From Dudresnaya verticillata (Eukaryota), in assembly GCA_977862235.1 (NCBI GenBank), contig OZ374565.1, positions 2,108,001 through 2,172,000 on the forward strand: 64,000 nucleotides of DNA, given 5' to 3'. A program made the position numbers and the translations under genes. Shown here in pieces: positions 36,143-47,384 of the stretch. Numbering within the stretch: the first letter of the stretch is position 1; each line of letters begins with the position of its first letter. The notes under the pieces are model-generated. The model had not been told where the DNA came from. It searched no databases and worked only from the letters and a program-made list of their open reading frames with translations.

Positions 36143-37418
36143 TGTCGTTTCAGGAACGGATAGCGGACGCGAGGGGCGTATTGTGTTGCCCTTCGGCTCC
36201 CTTTCGGGACCGATGAGCGGGGTATTCCCCTTCGTCTTTGACGATTAATGTAGCTGTAGTGGTCGATCGCTGGGGCGAGGGGTTGTCCCCATTTGTTTTT
36301 AGCCCAGTAAACTTCGGCCATTGTCAGCGTCTTTTCGTGTCGCGTTTCGCGTTGGCCTTAGGGTGTAACCTTTGCTCCTCTTTCGACTTTGCGTCGTGTT
36401 CTTGATTGCCCGCTACCGTAGCGTTGGCGTTTGATGCCTTTAGCCTTGGCCGTGCGTTGCGCTTCGGCTGTGTTTGGCTGGTAGTGTCCACTGTAGTAGC
36501 GTTTTTCTTCGTGTTTCACGTGCGGCGTTGGTGTATTTCCGCTTACTTAGCGTTTTTGTAATGAATGTGTCGCACTGCGCCTTAGGCGTGGTTTATCGGC
36601 GTCCTCAACGAGGGTCGCGAAGGCGGTGAGGTAGGTGTTGACGCCTTAGCGTTGCCGCCCCTTTCGTCTTCGACGTTCCTCCCTGGGGGTAGGGTAGAGT
36701 TGTCGGTCGTGCTCGCGCGACTGCGACCGCGGCGGCCACGGGCAGCGGCGGAGTCGCTGGCGATTTGTTGGCGTGTCGTGCACGGAACCCACAGCAAATG
36801 CGTCTTCAAAAACCTTCCCCCCCTTCGGGGGTGGGTTTGTCGGTGCGCCCCTTCTCCGGCAAGATACGTCGGAGACGTTCGACGGGTGCTTGCGCGCGAG
36901 ACCGTGGCCGGCAGGGTGGCGGTCCCAGGGACTTGGCCGTGGGGCGAGTGCACGTCTCGACGTCGGAGACGGTTGTTGTGCGCTGCCACTTGAGCCTGTC
37001 GTCGCTGGGGCTCGTAGCACCTGATCAGCCACTTGGCATGATTGCGTTCGTCGTGCGTTGACGGCGGGGTGGTGCGCGCTGCCGTGTTTGGAAATTAAAA
37101 TTTGACCAACTACTGCCTCCTATTACCTGAGGGGCGCCGGTGGCGGATCTCGATTTGCGATCTGGATCCACTGTCAACAGCGCACCCATCCAGAGGTTCC
37201 GTATTGGGGCTGCTGCGAGGTGGCGTGCGCGAGGCTGTCTATGACGCAACGACTTGCGTCCGCGTTCGTCCATGGTGTGCACACGTGTTTGGCGCTGTCG
37301 CTCTGGCGACCGCGTCCACAGGCTATGGGTTGCGCTTCCGCGCCTTTGGCGATCGTAGGTCGAACAATCGGTCTCGATCGTCCGTCCATTCGCTTCCAGC
37401 GGTATTTCAAGATTAGGG

Positions 37419-40400
37419 TTAGCCGCGCTCCGCGTCGTCGACGTTTGGCGGTAGCTGCGTACGTTTTCGACGGTGGTATCGTGTGACGTGGGATCGCGGA
37501 AAACTGTAGACTGGCTCCAAGGTGTTCGCTGAAGCGGGGTATCCAAACCACTTGACGCGGTAGAGGATCTCATCATCATCCGCGTACGCGTGCGACTCGA
37601 TGCGTTCAATCACGTATTATTTTCCGCTCACAGCATTCGGCTTGGACGTGGGCCTGTCCAGCGCCTTTGGCGGTTTGTCTCGTTGCGTGATGGGCGTCTG
37701 TTCCGGTTCGGCCAAGCGTACTCAACGAGTTGATCGCCGAAGGCGTTGGCCTTGGGCCTCGGACGCTCGATCAGCGGCCAGTGGGTTGTTGCGTCTTGAG
37801 ACGATTTCATCGCTTGCAGCGCCTTGCTTCGTGCTTGCACGGTTAACGTCTTCGTTATCGGACGCGCTTTCAGCTGAGTCATTGTTCTCATTCGGCGGTG
37901 CCGTAGCGACGTGTTCCAAACGGGTGCGAACCCCTGGGGTACTGTCGTCGTTGGAGACGGATTGCGAAGCGCGGTCGTCGGGATCGGCGGCGAAGGGCGA
38001 AAGCTCTGCCAACCCACGACTGCGTGACGCTGCGATCGTACGCTCTTGCGGATCTCTCGCACTATGCGAAGTGTCTGCGTCCTCTTCCGGGTCCGCTGGC
38101 GACGTGCTTGGGGTAGTCATCCCTTCGTCGTGTGACGTGGGGGCGACTGTTCCCTGCTCCTCAGGCGGGCCTGGTGGTACGACGATTGGAGGGGCCGCCT
38201 GACCCGGTGGGGTCGGCGCCCAGACCACGCGGTCTCGGGACAAACGTTCCCGCTCATCCCGTCCCTTGTCGACGGTTACTGTCTCGTTATCAACGTGAGT
38301 TACCCAGTATGGTCCGTCCGCCACTGGTGCCAGCTTATGCTTACGCTCTGCGCGATCCGTGATCCCGCGTCGGGCGAAGTATTCCTTACGTACGAATACG
38401 AAGTCGCCTATGGCGATTGCTTCCTTCTATTTCCTTAATCTGGTATCGAAGTTTCGTTTGTAACGTGCTTGAGTTTTCTCCAACGACGCTTTAGCGGCTC
38501 CCATCAGTGCGGCCAGCCAGGTTCGCCACTTGGTGTAGTATTGCCCCGCGGTGGGTACACTTTCGAGCGACGGTTCCGCTTCGAGCGACAATAGCCGTGG
38601 TGGCTTAGACAGCACCAATTCAAACGGAGCGAGATGCGTAGACGAATGCAACTGGATGTTGTATGCGAACGTCAAGGCATCCGTGAACAGGTCCCAGTCT
38701 CTCGGATGATCCCCGACGTAGTGACGCAGCGAGGCCAGGATAGTTCGATTGAATCGTTCTACCTGGCCATTTCATTGCGGATGGTACGTCGTGGTGAAGA
38801 GATTCTCCACTCCCAAAAGACGGCAGATATCCTGAAACAGCTTAGCCACAAACTGTGTTCCGTTGTCGGACAACAATGTCTTGGGAGGACCGTACCCGAA
38901 GACCCAATTTCGTACAAACGCCTTAGCGATTTCCAATGCCGCAATACTACGCAGTGGGACCGTCCGGACCAGCTTCGAAAAGCGGTCCACAATGACGAGT
39001 AGGAACTTGTTTCCTCGCTTCGTGCGTATGAGTTCGCCCAGGATGTCGATCGATACGAATTCGAGAGGCTCGGTTGCCGGGAACAACTTCAATTACTTGG
39101 TGTTCTTTCGCAGCAATACGCGATTCTTAGCGCAGGTTACGCAGTTGCGGACGGTCGCATAGCAGTCCACTGGCATCGATGGCCAATAGTATTTGCGTCG
39201 AAGCGTATGATACAACTTACGCCCCCCTGGGTGCCCTGCCAACTTGGCGTGGTGCCGGAGGTGGAGTAAGCGAGCGCGTAACGCGCAGGGTACGACCACT
39301 TGCGGACGGACTTCCACTGTTCGGACCAACAGGCCCTGTTCATCCGTTGCGAACGGTAAGATGATCCCGTCATCCAGACGTTTTCTGATATCGTTACAAT
39401 ATTTGTCATCGCCTTGGGCGTGTACCAACTCTTCATGCGTCACTTGACGAAGGAGTACCACACTCATCCACCGGTGGCGTGTTGTTGATCAACACTTGGT
39501 CGAACTCTTCGAACTCTCGTTCGGCGAAGTCGACCTCGCCTTCGGCGTCTGACAGATCTTCTTGTGACGTTTGATGGCCGTCTTCGACGTAGCTTCCGTG
39601 ATAGCACGGTATGTCATCGTCAATGGGCTCGACGGTTTCTCCTTTCGTCTGTAGACGCGAAAGGGCATCTGCCTGAGTATTCAGGTACCCCTTTTTGTAA
39701 TTCACGACAAAGTCGAACTCGGAAAGGCGAAGATGCCACCGCATTAACCGTCCAGAGGGGTCGCTGATTTCCATCAGCCACCTCAACGACGAATGGTCCG
39801 TATGGACTGTGAACGACTCCATCTGGAGGTAAGGTCGCAGCGTCATGACGGACCATACTACTGCGAGGCACTCCTTTTCGGAGACCGAGTAGTTACGCTC
39901 TGGAACGGTGAGCGAGCGGGACCAGAAGCCGAGTGGCTTACGCTCCCCGTCGGGTTGCGTTTGAAAGAGAGCGCAGCCGACATGATACTCGCTTGCGTCA
40001 CAATCGACAGAATAGGGGAGACCCTGCTGTGGTAGCGCCAGTATAGGCGGATGAGTCACGGCCTCGACGAGCGTACTGAACGCTTTGGCTTGTGTATCAT
40101 CAAACGGTCGTAACCGGGAGTCCTGTTCCTTCCTCAGCAACTTGTTGAGGGGGGCAGCGACATGCGCGTATCGCGAGGCGAACCGTCTGTAGACGTTACA
40201 AAGACCGAGGAAACTCCGTAGCTCCTTCTGATCCCGTGGATGCTTGGCTTCGCGTAGCGCGGCAGTGACAGTTCGGTCAACTTCTAACCGTCCTGGACGA
40301 TTGACGTGTCCTAAGTAGTTGACGGTCGCGGTGAAGAAGTCACACTTGGTCAACTTCAGAGTCACCCCGGCGCGGTGCAATGTCGAAAGGATCTCGTCAA

Positions 40401-42140
40401 CATGACGGAAGTGACTGTCGATGTCGCTGGAGAAGATTATTACGTCATCGAGGTAGACGAGGCACGAACGCCACTTGTAACCAGCGAGCAGTATGTCCAA
40501 CGTTCTTTGAAACGTAGCGGGTGCGTTCGTGAGACCGAATTTCATACGCTTATAGCGGAACAGTCCGGCGTGGCACGTGAACGCAGTCTTTTCGCGGTCT
40601 CGCGGATTGATCGGCACTTGCCAGTACCCACTGTTACAGTCTAGGGTGGTGAAGACGTTTGCTTCCCCTAGACTGTCGATGCATTCGTCGATACGCGGCA
40701 GCGGGTACGTGTCCCGTACGGTTACTGCGTTTAAACGACGGTAGTCTACGCAAAAGCGGAGGGTCCCGTCCTTCTTGAGGGCGAAGACCACTGGTGACGC
40801 CCACGGCGATTGTGCGGGTTCGATAACCCCTTGACGCAGCATACGGTCCACTTCCGCTTGAGTGAGTTGTCTATGCTTCGGCCCCGCTAGGTAGGGCGGG
40901 GACGATATCGGTCTAGAGCCGGGAAGCAAGTCGATGTAGTGCTCCGTGGTTGAGATTTCTCCCAACGACCTGTCCCACATAGACGAAAACTTGCGCAACA
41001 TCTCCTTAAGCCGGCCTTGATGCTCGGCGGGGAGATTTCCCAGGTCTAAATCGTCTACTGACGGAGGTTTGGCAGTGGTTGCCTCGATAGACTTCGTGAA
41101 AGTATCCGGCTGTGCCGCAGTGTTATCGTTCGTTTGAAAACGGAAATCTTGGTTTACCTTCTCTTCCTCGGCCTGTTCCTCTGTGAGGCCCAAAACATCG
41201 GCTAGACTTACGTGACTGGGGAACACTGCTGTCGGATGTGGTAGCGCCGTCGCGACGACTTGGCCCTTGGTCAGCGCCTGCGGGCGGGGAGAGAAGTTGG
41301 CAACCAGAATGCGAAACGCTTTTAGCGGCTCCACTTGAGCAATCCCGTTCGTAACGGCCAGACCTTGTTTGTCGTATAGCGTTCCGAACGGTTGAATTGT
41401 GATGATGCCGGCGCGCTCGGTGGTCACCGATACCCATTGCTGCGCCTTAGGCGGGATGACCGCGCGCTCGGCGACTCGGGTCTTGGGTGACGTCCTCCCT
41501 TCGGCCTTGCCATATTCCTGTTCCGTTGGTAACGGAGGATACGACGGTGGTCGGCGCAGCGGGCGGCGCGTTATAGGGACACGAGTCCCGTCATCCAATT
41601 CAACCTCGCGACTTCGCGGATATATTACTTCGACGAAGCGGTCGCAAAAGTCGCAGCCGAGTATAACCGGCGCAGCGAGTCGTTCACAAACGATCAGTTC
41701 CAACTTGACGACTCTCCGTCCTAGACGAACTACCAGGTCGATGGTGCCTCTTGTCTGGATCGCCTTATTGTTGGCGTCGGCTATGACGGGGAGGCTCTTT
41801 ACCACGATGCGCGATCGCGCTTCCAGCGGAATGTCGTCAATGCGAATGAAATTCGGACCAGCCCCCGTGTCGAGGACAGTGAGTTTACGTGCCAAGGTAC
41901 TAACGGTTGCGCCCAAATCGGCGTACACCTTATAGTTCCTCTTGGCCATTACGAACAACTGCCCTCGCGCCCGGGGGGGCTGGTACCTTCGCCATGGGCG
42001 TTTTAATGACGTCTGCGACGACTCTATCCGCCCGTTGGCGTCATCGGAAACTAACGTCGGGCCCTCCTTCCGTGTCAGCACCCGAGGCCTAGGCCTCTCG
42101 TCGTGGTGCGACACCCCAGTGTCAGGAGTTGGTGCCCGAG
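37419..42140 (-). pseudogene. pol: Family B Pol (protease, RT, RNase H, integrase, chromodomain), disrupted
   Basis: LDTGA; YLDD; DCDAS, EKECLA; GHPG..C..C; TYHPQ; GPY; VIERIESH..YRVKWFGY..TLEP chromodomain (37419-37613); several stops and frameshifts. Confidence 0.93.
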
Positions 42141-44702
42141 TTAGTTTTTCGCCTGCGGCGGTGGTTGTGGCGCTTCATAGCGATTGATCATCGTCGGATG
42201 ACGTTCTGCCGCGTGCGGCATGGGTCCGCCTCGTGGCGATTGTGGTCGTGCAGCACGGCGAGCAGCGTCGCGGGTCGCGCGTTCCTTGCAACGTGCATAC
42301 GCATCAGCGGGGACACCAGCCTCCTCGGCTTCGGTTAGTCCTTCATAGTTGGTAATAACCTTCATGAAGTCGCTCATGCGGAGGAAGCAGTCCGGCGCGA
42401 TGTGTCCGCGGGCGTAGTATTGGTGGCATACCAGCTGCCGACCTGCGTCTTGACGGGGTGGGCCTCTGTCCTGCCATCCGGGCCTTGATCGGTGGACGTG
42501 AGGAGCATACTCGGAATAAGGGACGCGTGGCGCTGGTACGACCGAGCGCCCAAAGGCGAGAGCAGGGTCCATATCCCTTTCGTCCTCGTCATCGACGTAA
42601 CTGTCCGTCGGTAGGGCCGAGGTCGGCACCGACGCTTGCTCGTCTGCCAAGTACAAATCGCCTTCGGCGTGTGTTTCTATGTCATCGACAGGGCGACTAA
42701 CGTCTCGGAACTCGACGGAGGACTCCGATATCATAGCGCGCGCTCCAGGCTTGGCGCCTCTCGTCTGTGGACACAGTACCCCTCGGGCATCGCCGATGGC
42801 GGATCGCGGTGTGCGTACGGCTTGAGCCGGTGTCAGTAGGTCACGTCGTGCTGACGCGGAACCGGCTCGGCCGTGTCGTGCGCGATTGGCATCCTCTTCG
42901 TCCTTTGCGAAGTGGACCAGCCGCTCAAATGACAACTCCGCCCTTGGCGTTTCTTCTCGGAAGCGAGCGACCAGGGACCTGATAGACGGGTGTAACCCGT
43001 CGATGTACAGCGTCATCTTTTCCCAATCGGGATATACGTTACCGCAACGAATACACGCACCGGCTAGCCGCATCCCATAGGTCGTCTCGTCCTCGCCTTT
43101 CTTTTGGGCAATCGACCGTAGGGCGAGGACAGCGTCCCTGATCGCCGCTGGCGTAGCATACGTACGGAGGAGGTACTGTACCGCCTCCGGATACGAATAC
43201 ACACCGCCGCGATGGCGAGAAGACGACGACTTGACGGAGCGGAATTGCGTGGCTGCTGTACCTCGCAAGAAGTACGGAAGTGCGACGAACGCTTGGGCTT
43301 CGCTCATCTCCAGCGTATCGGCTTCATCCGCGTAACGCGTCAGGAACTCGAGGACCATGACGGGGTCGCTGCCGTTGAAGGCGGCGTCCTTTATGGTCAG
43401 CTCCAAGCGCTTAATATGGTCCTTGACCTTACCCGTATCGCGCCCTGAGCGTTTTTGCCCTGCGTATTTGAGACGGTACGTCCTGTACGATAATAACTGA
43501 TCGAAAAGGGGGTTGGAGGGGCGTAGCTCCTTCAACCCCTTGAACCGCTTTCCGCGAGGTCTTGCGGTACTACCGAGAGTTGGGAAGTCGTCGTCCTCAG
43601 ACGAAGAGTCTGATGACTCTCCGTTACTTGACGAGTCCGAAGAGGACGAGGATGAGTCCCCGCATCGATGACGGTTCCTCTCCCGTCTCTGACGCAGCTT
43701 GCGACGATGTCTCTTCCGATCCTTACGTCTGTGACGATCTTCGCATGAGCTCTCGTCGCCCGACGGTGGACCGTTGCGCCACTTGGCGGTTTCGAGACGC
43801 TCTAAGCGAGTCGCAAGTCGCTGAAAGCGTTCACGTGAGCTAAGTTCAGAATGCGAATGAACCGTTACCGCCGGCGGATGTTGTGTACCCTCACCTTGGG
43901 CGTTTTGGTTCGTCAATAGACGGTCGAGGTCGGATCGAAGCCCTTGTAGGGCGCCGTCCCGATCCTCTTCCAACGTCTGTAGACGACTTGCGATTCCTCC
44001 GACACTGTCGTCCAGTAACCCGGCGAATCTAGCGAGCATCGCATCGTCCTCCAAGACGCACACCTCTCGGATCCGTTCGCGTGGTATCGTTAAGTTACTC
44101 ACGCGGACGGCCGAGGGGGACGCCGTTGGCGGTTGGCTTTCGCGGTTTGACCGTTCGGGCGTCCCTTGCGCCTTCTGACTTGGCGACTTCGGCTTAGCCG
44201 GCGAACACCCGGCACTGCCGTGGGGAGTGGGGCAATATGCCCCGTGTGTCAATGGTTCGTCAACGACGTTGCGCTCTGCGGAGTGCCCTTGGTCGTCGTT
44301 GACGGGGATGGTTGGTTGATCCGAAAGTTCCGGTTGTCCCTCGACGATGTCGGCTTGTGTTCCGTCTACGACGTCCTGTTGCTCGGCTTGTACTGTATCA
44401 GCCGAGTCAACGTAGGAGCGGTAGGTGCGGAGGGCTGATCCCTCGGGGACTGAGGTGCGGACGACGACGGGGTTGCGCGTCGGCGGGGGAGGTAACTCTC
44501 CTCCGTTGAGCGATGCGTGGCAGCCTGCGTGGCCGTGGCCCGGGGGTAGCGTCGGGAACGCCGACGCGATCTCTGGGCTCACGAGGCGCCCAGACCTCGT
44601 TGTAATCCGCTGTAGCGACCGTTCTGACGCGGGTACACTCCTAGGCGTCGAAGACGGTCTTCTTGAACTTGGGCCTCGCGACGGCGGCGGTCGTGAGGCC
44701 AT
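42141..44702 (-). CDS. gag: Family B Gag (853 aa)
   Basis: LSYRTYRL..FNGSDP capsid motif; knuckle CHQY..GH..DC (CHQC in the 24.9 kb fragment); ends G AAA AAC TAA with pol in the -1 frame. Confidence 0.88.
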   Translation of the reverse strand: MASRPPPSRGPSSRRPSSTPRSVPASERSLQRITTRSGRLVSPEIASAFPTLPPGHGHAGCHASLNGGELPPPPTRNPVVVRTSVPEGSALRTYRSYVDSADTVQAEQQDVVDGTQADIVEGQPELSDQPTIPVNDDQGHSAERNVVDEPLTHGAYCPTPHGSAGCSPAKPKSPSQKAQGTPERSNRESQPPTASPSAVRVSNLTIPRERIREVCVLEDDAMLARFAGLLDDSVGGIASRLQTLEEDRDGALQGLRSDLDRLLTNQNAQGEGTQHPPAVTVHSHSELSSRERFQRLATRLERLETAKWRNGPPSGDESSCEDRHRRKDRKRHRRKLRQRRERNRHRCGDSSSSSSDSSSNGESSDSSSEDDDFPTLGSTARPRGKRFKGLKELRPSNPLFDQLLSYRTYRLKYAGQKRSGRDTGKVKDHIKRLELTIKDAAFNGSDPVMVLEFLTRYADEADTLEMSEAQAFVALPYFLRGTAATQFRSVKSSSSRHRGGVYSYPEAVQYLLRTYATPAAIRDAVLALRSIAQKKGEDETTYGMRLAGACIRCGNVYPDWEKMTLYIDGLHPSIRSLVARFREETPRAELSFERLVHFAKDEEDANRARHGRAGSASARRDLLTPAQAVRTPRSAIGDARGVLCPQTRGAKPGARAMISESSVEFRDVSRPVDDIETHAEGDLYLADEQASVPTSALPTDSYVDDEDERDMDPALAFGRSVVPAPRVPYSEYAPHVHRSRPGWQDRGPPRQDAGRQLVCHQYYARGHIAPDCFLRMSDFMKVITNYEGLTEAEEAGVPADAYARCKERATRDAARRAARPQSPRGGPMPHAAERHPTMINRYEAPQPPPQAKN

Positions 44703-44829
44703 GATATAATCGTAGAGTTGCTTGAACGTCGTGGACGATTAGCGACAAACGTCAGAAGACGGAGAGTCGGACGTCGCACGACGGAGTAACTCGTTGAAAC
44801 GTAGCACAATTCTAGGTCGGGAGACCAGA

Positions 44830-45731
44830 TGTGGTGCAAACGTCTGAGACGATAGACCGCCGAGCAGTTCGGGGCTCGGTGGGGAGCTGCGCCCTTGGCG
44901 GTGAGTAGCCTTGCCTTGGGCGACTTGTTGGTAGAGCAAAGGACACGCCTTGGGCGGACTGTAAACGCCCGAGGCGGAACGGAAGGGAAAAGGAAACAGA
45001 AAGGGAACACGTCAAGGACGATGGTAGACGTGGAAGCACGGGAGGTAGACGCTTGAGCCGTAGGCAGCGGTAGGATGCGCGCGTGCGGAACGGGGAATTC
45101 TGGACCAAGGCCGGCTTGCCCGGGCGTTTACTGTTACGTCTGGGACGGCTTACCTAAGTATAGTACGGCGGTGCGGCGGCGGCGGTGCGTGTGCGTAGCG
45201 CGGGATATCGGGACATGTGTCGTCCCGAGGCGCGTCTGACAGATCACTCATCGCATGCAGCCGCGCGCCTGCCAAGTTGCCGTACAACCCCCTGTGTGTG
45301 TGCTTACACGTACACGTGGACGCGTGTGCCTTACAGCCGTTCGCGCGCGCGTACTGTAGAGCGTGCGCCTTGGATCTAATCCGATACTTGTCCGATCCCG
45401 ATCTCATCCGGATCGGGCCAGCAATGCGAATACCCGCAGCCTTACAGGCGCGTATCTTACAGCTTAGGCGATCCGGATAGCCAATCTGGACACCGGATCC
45501 GGATCCCATCTGGATCCGTATTACAGTGCCCCGGGGTGCCACGTCGGCCCATCACCGTACAGTGCCCGCGTGGCGCGCGGCTCGCAGTGTGCGCGCGCGC
45601 CCCAGTGAGCCGTCGGTGACGTGTTCGCGAGCCAACGGCGGTGGTGAGCGCCGGTGGCGGTTTCTCCGTCGGTCGACGTATTTGGTCTGCCCGCTTTCAG
45701 CGAAAAAGGGCTCACCTCCCCTTGCACCACA
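44830..45731 (-). repeat. Family B 5' LTR (902 bp)
   Basis: Adjacent to the PBS; terminal IR TGTGGTGCAA/TTGCACCACA. Confidence 0.95.
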
Positions 45732-46222
45732 GTCAATAGATGAGAAATTACCTGGCGACGCATTTCCAGCTGGATTATCAGGCCATCACTCGCTATGCGA
45801 CTGGCCTGGGTCAGTTCCATTGGGCAACTCGACGCCAAACCGTTCCGGCTCACGTCTTTGATGGGCGCACTAAAGCGCGCCCGTCTAAGGTGTTGTCGCT
45901 GGATTCCGTATCGGATGTACACTATGAGTCGCAAGGGAATCTTTCCGCTACGGACAATCAAGTGCTAGCCGTCGAGGGAGGCCACGGTGCCGCTACGGGA
46001 ACGAGCACGGGGGTTACCTTTTCTACCCCGTACTCCTCGCCCCCGCAAAGCGTCCACCCTACTCCGCCCAGGATGCCACGCGCGCAAGGTCCCCCCTATG
46101 GTGGATCTCGCTCGGCTCCTGGCCCCCAACAGCAGCCGAGCCACCGTTCCGGAAATAATGCCCACGATGAGCGAGGACAGCAGCAACCAGCACCTCCGCT
46201 ACGGGATGATTCGGATCCTCGG

Positions 46223-46997
46223 TGTGGTGCAACGCCAAGGGGCCTCCAAAACGGGCGCAACCGGCCGGGCTAAGTGGGACAGGCAGCCCAATCAGAAAGA
46301 TACGTTTGGCCAACCGACGACAGTGCGGCCGAGCGGACGCCGGTGAACATGCGCAAGAGACATACGTGTCCAACAGGTGTACACGTGTGTCACACGTGGC
46401 CACTTATGACACCCAAGCGCACCACGTGGCTCGCTGTACACGTATGAGTGTGATCGGATCTGGAAGCAGGTGCGGGAAGGAAATTGGATTTGGCCGCAGG
46501 TGAAATCAAGCAGAAGACAGTGGAAAAATCAAGGGAAAATCTAACTCATTTGGCCAACCACTAACGAACAAGTACTTGGTTTAGACTGGTAAGGGTACAA
46601 CATTGGCCCGACGCCGGTACACAAGTAGATATTATGGCCGACGGGGAGTAACCTCGGCCACTAACTGTAGAATAGCTCTAGATTAGCTCTAGTGGCCGAT
46701 TTTGGGCCTACTTAGACGGCCACAGACCACGGCTCGGCCAGAATAGGTACGAAGCCGTCCCGCCAGAGGTTGGGGGTAAAGTTTTGCAACCTTTTTCATA
46801 ACTCGGCCATTTTCCGCTGCTCATCCAGGTTTTTGGCCGCGACTTCGTCTGCGCGCTCCCGCTCTACCACATTTGCTACCGGTGCGCAGGTCCGTTCTAC
46901 GTTCGACCGTTCTACCACGAAATCCGACAGGTCTTTTTGGGTCCTCTTGGGGTCTCGCCCGGCTGCCGTACGCGGTGGTGCCGTTCGAGATACTACA
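46223..46997 (+). mobile_element. Solo LTR, family D-like (775 bp), with 5-bp TSD CTCGG
   Basis: CTCGG|TGTGGTGC...TACTACA|CTCGG; empty site visible in copy 1 near 16846; homologous to 54146-54930. Confidence 0.93.
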
Positions 46998-47384
46998 CTC
47001 GGGTCCGACGCCTTTACGGAAGTGGTAACTGTCGCATCTGCTTTTCGCCAGAGCATGTTGTTTGCCCCTGGATACATGAATCCGATCGGGTTAGGCTTAT
47101 GGAAGAGCGCGAGCGCAACTTCCAGAAGCACTACCCTGTAGGTCGCAGGTTCGTAGTAGGAACCAGTTCGAATCCGCAAGGGAATCGGGGCAGACCGCAA
47201 ACGCCCCCTCCGCAACGGAATGCCCCGATACTATCGGTGGAGGACCATGACGGAGTGGAACTCGCAGAATTGCGCGAGCCCATGGAGGCGGATCCGACTG
47301 GTGCAACCTTGAATTCGGAAAACTCAAGGGGGATGCGTAAGGGCACCGCCATCCCCGTGTCACGGCGTTCCACCTCTCGCGAGT

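Larger units (their letters stand above)
32425..45731 (-). mobile_element. Ty3/gypsy chromovirus family B, two-LTR element (13.3 kb)
   Basis: LTRs 32425-33330 and 44830-45731, PBS 44810-44827, PPT ~33334-33342, gag, pol, chromodomain, antisense ORF; flanks GTGCG/GTCAA do not match. Confidence 0.95.

Noticed and set aside
23574..46503. Many 60-200 aa ORFs within LTRs and opposite gag/pol
   Set aside because: Shadow ORFs of GC-rich repeats; they recur only because the repeats recur.
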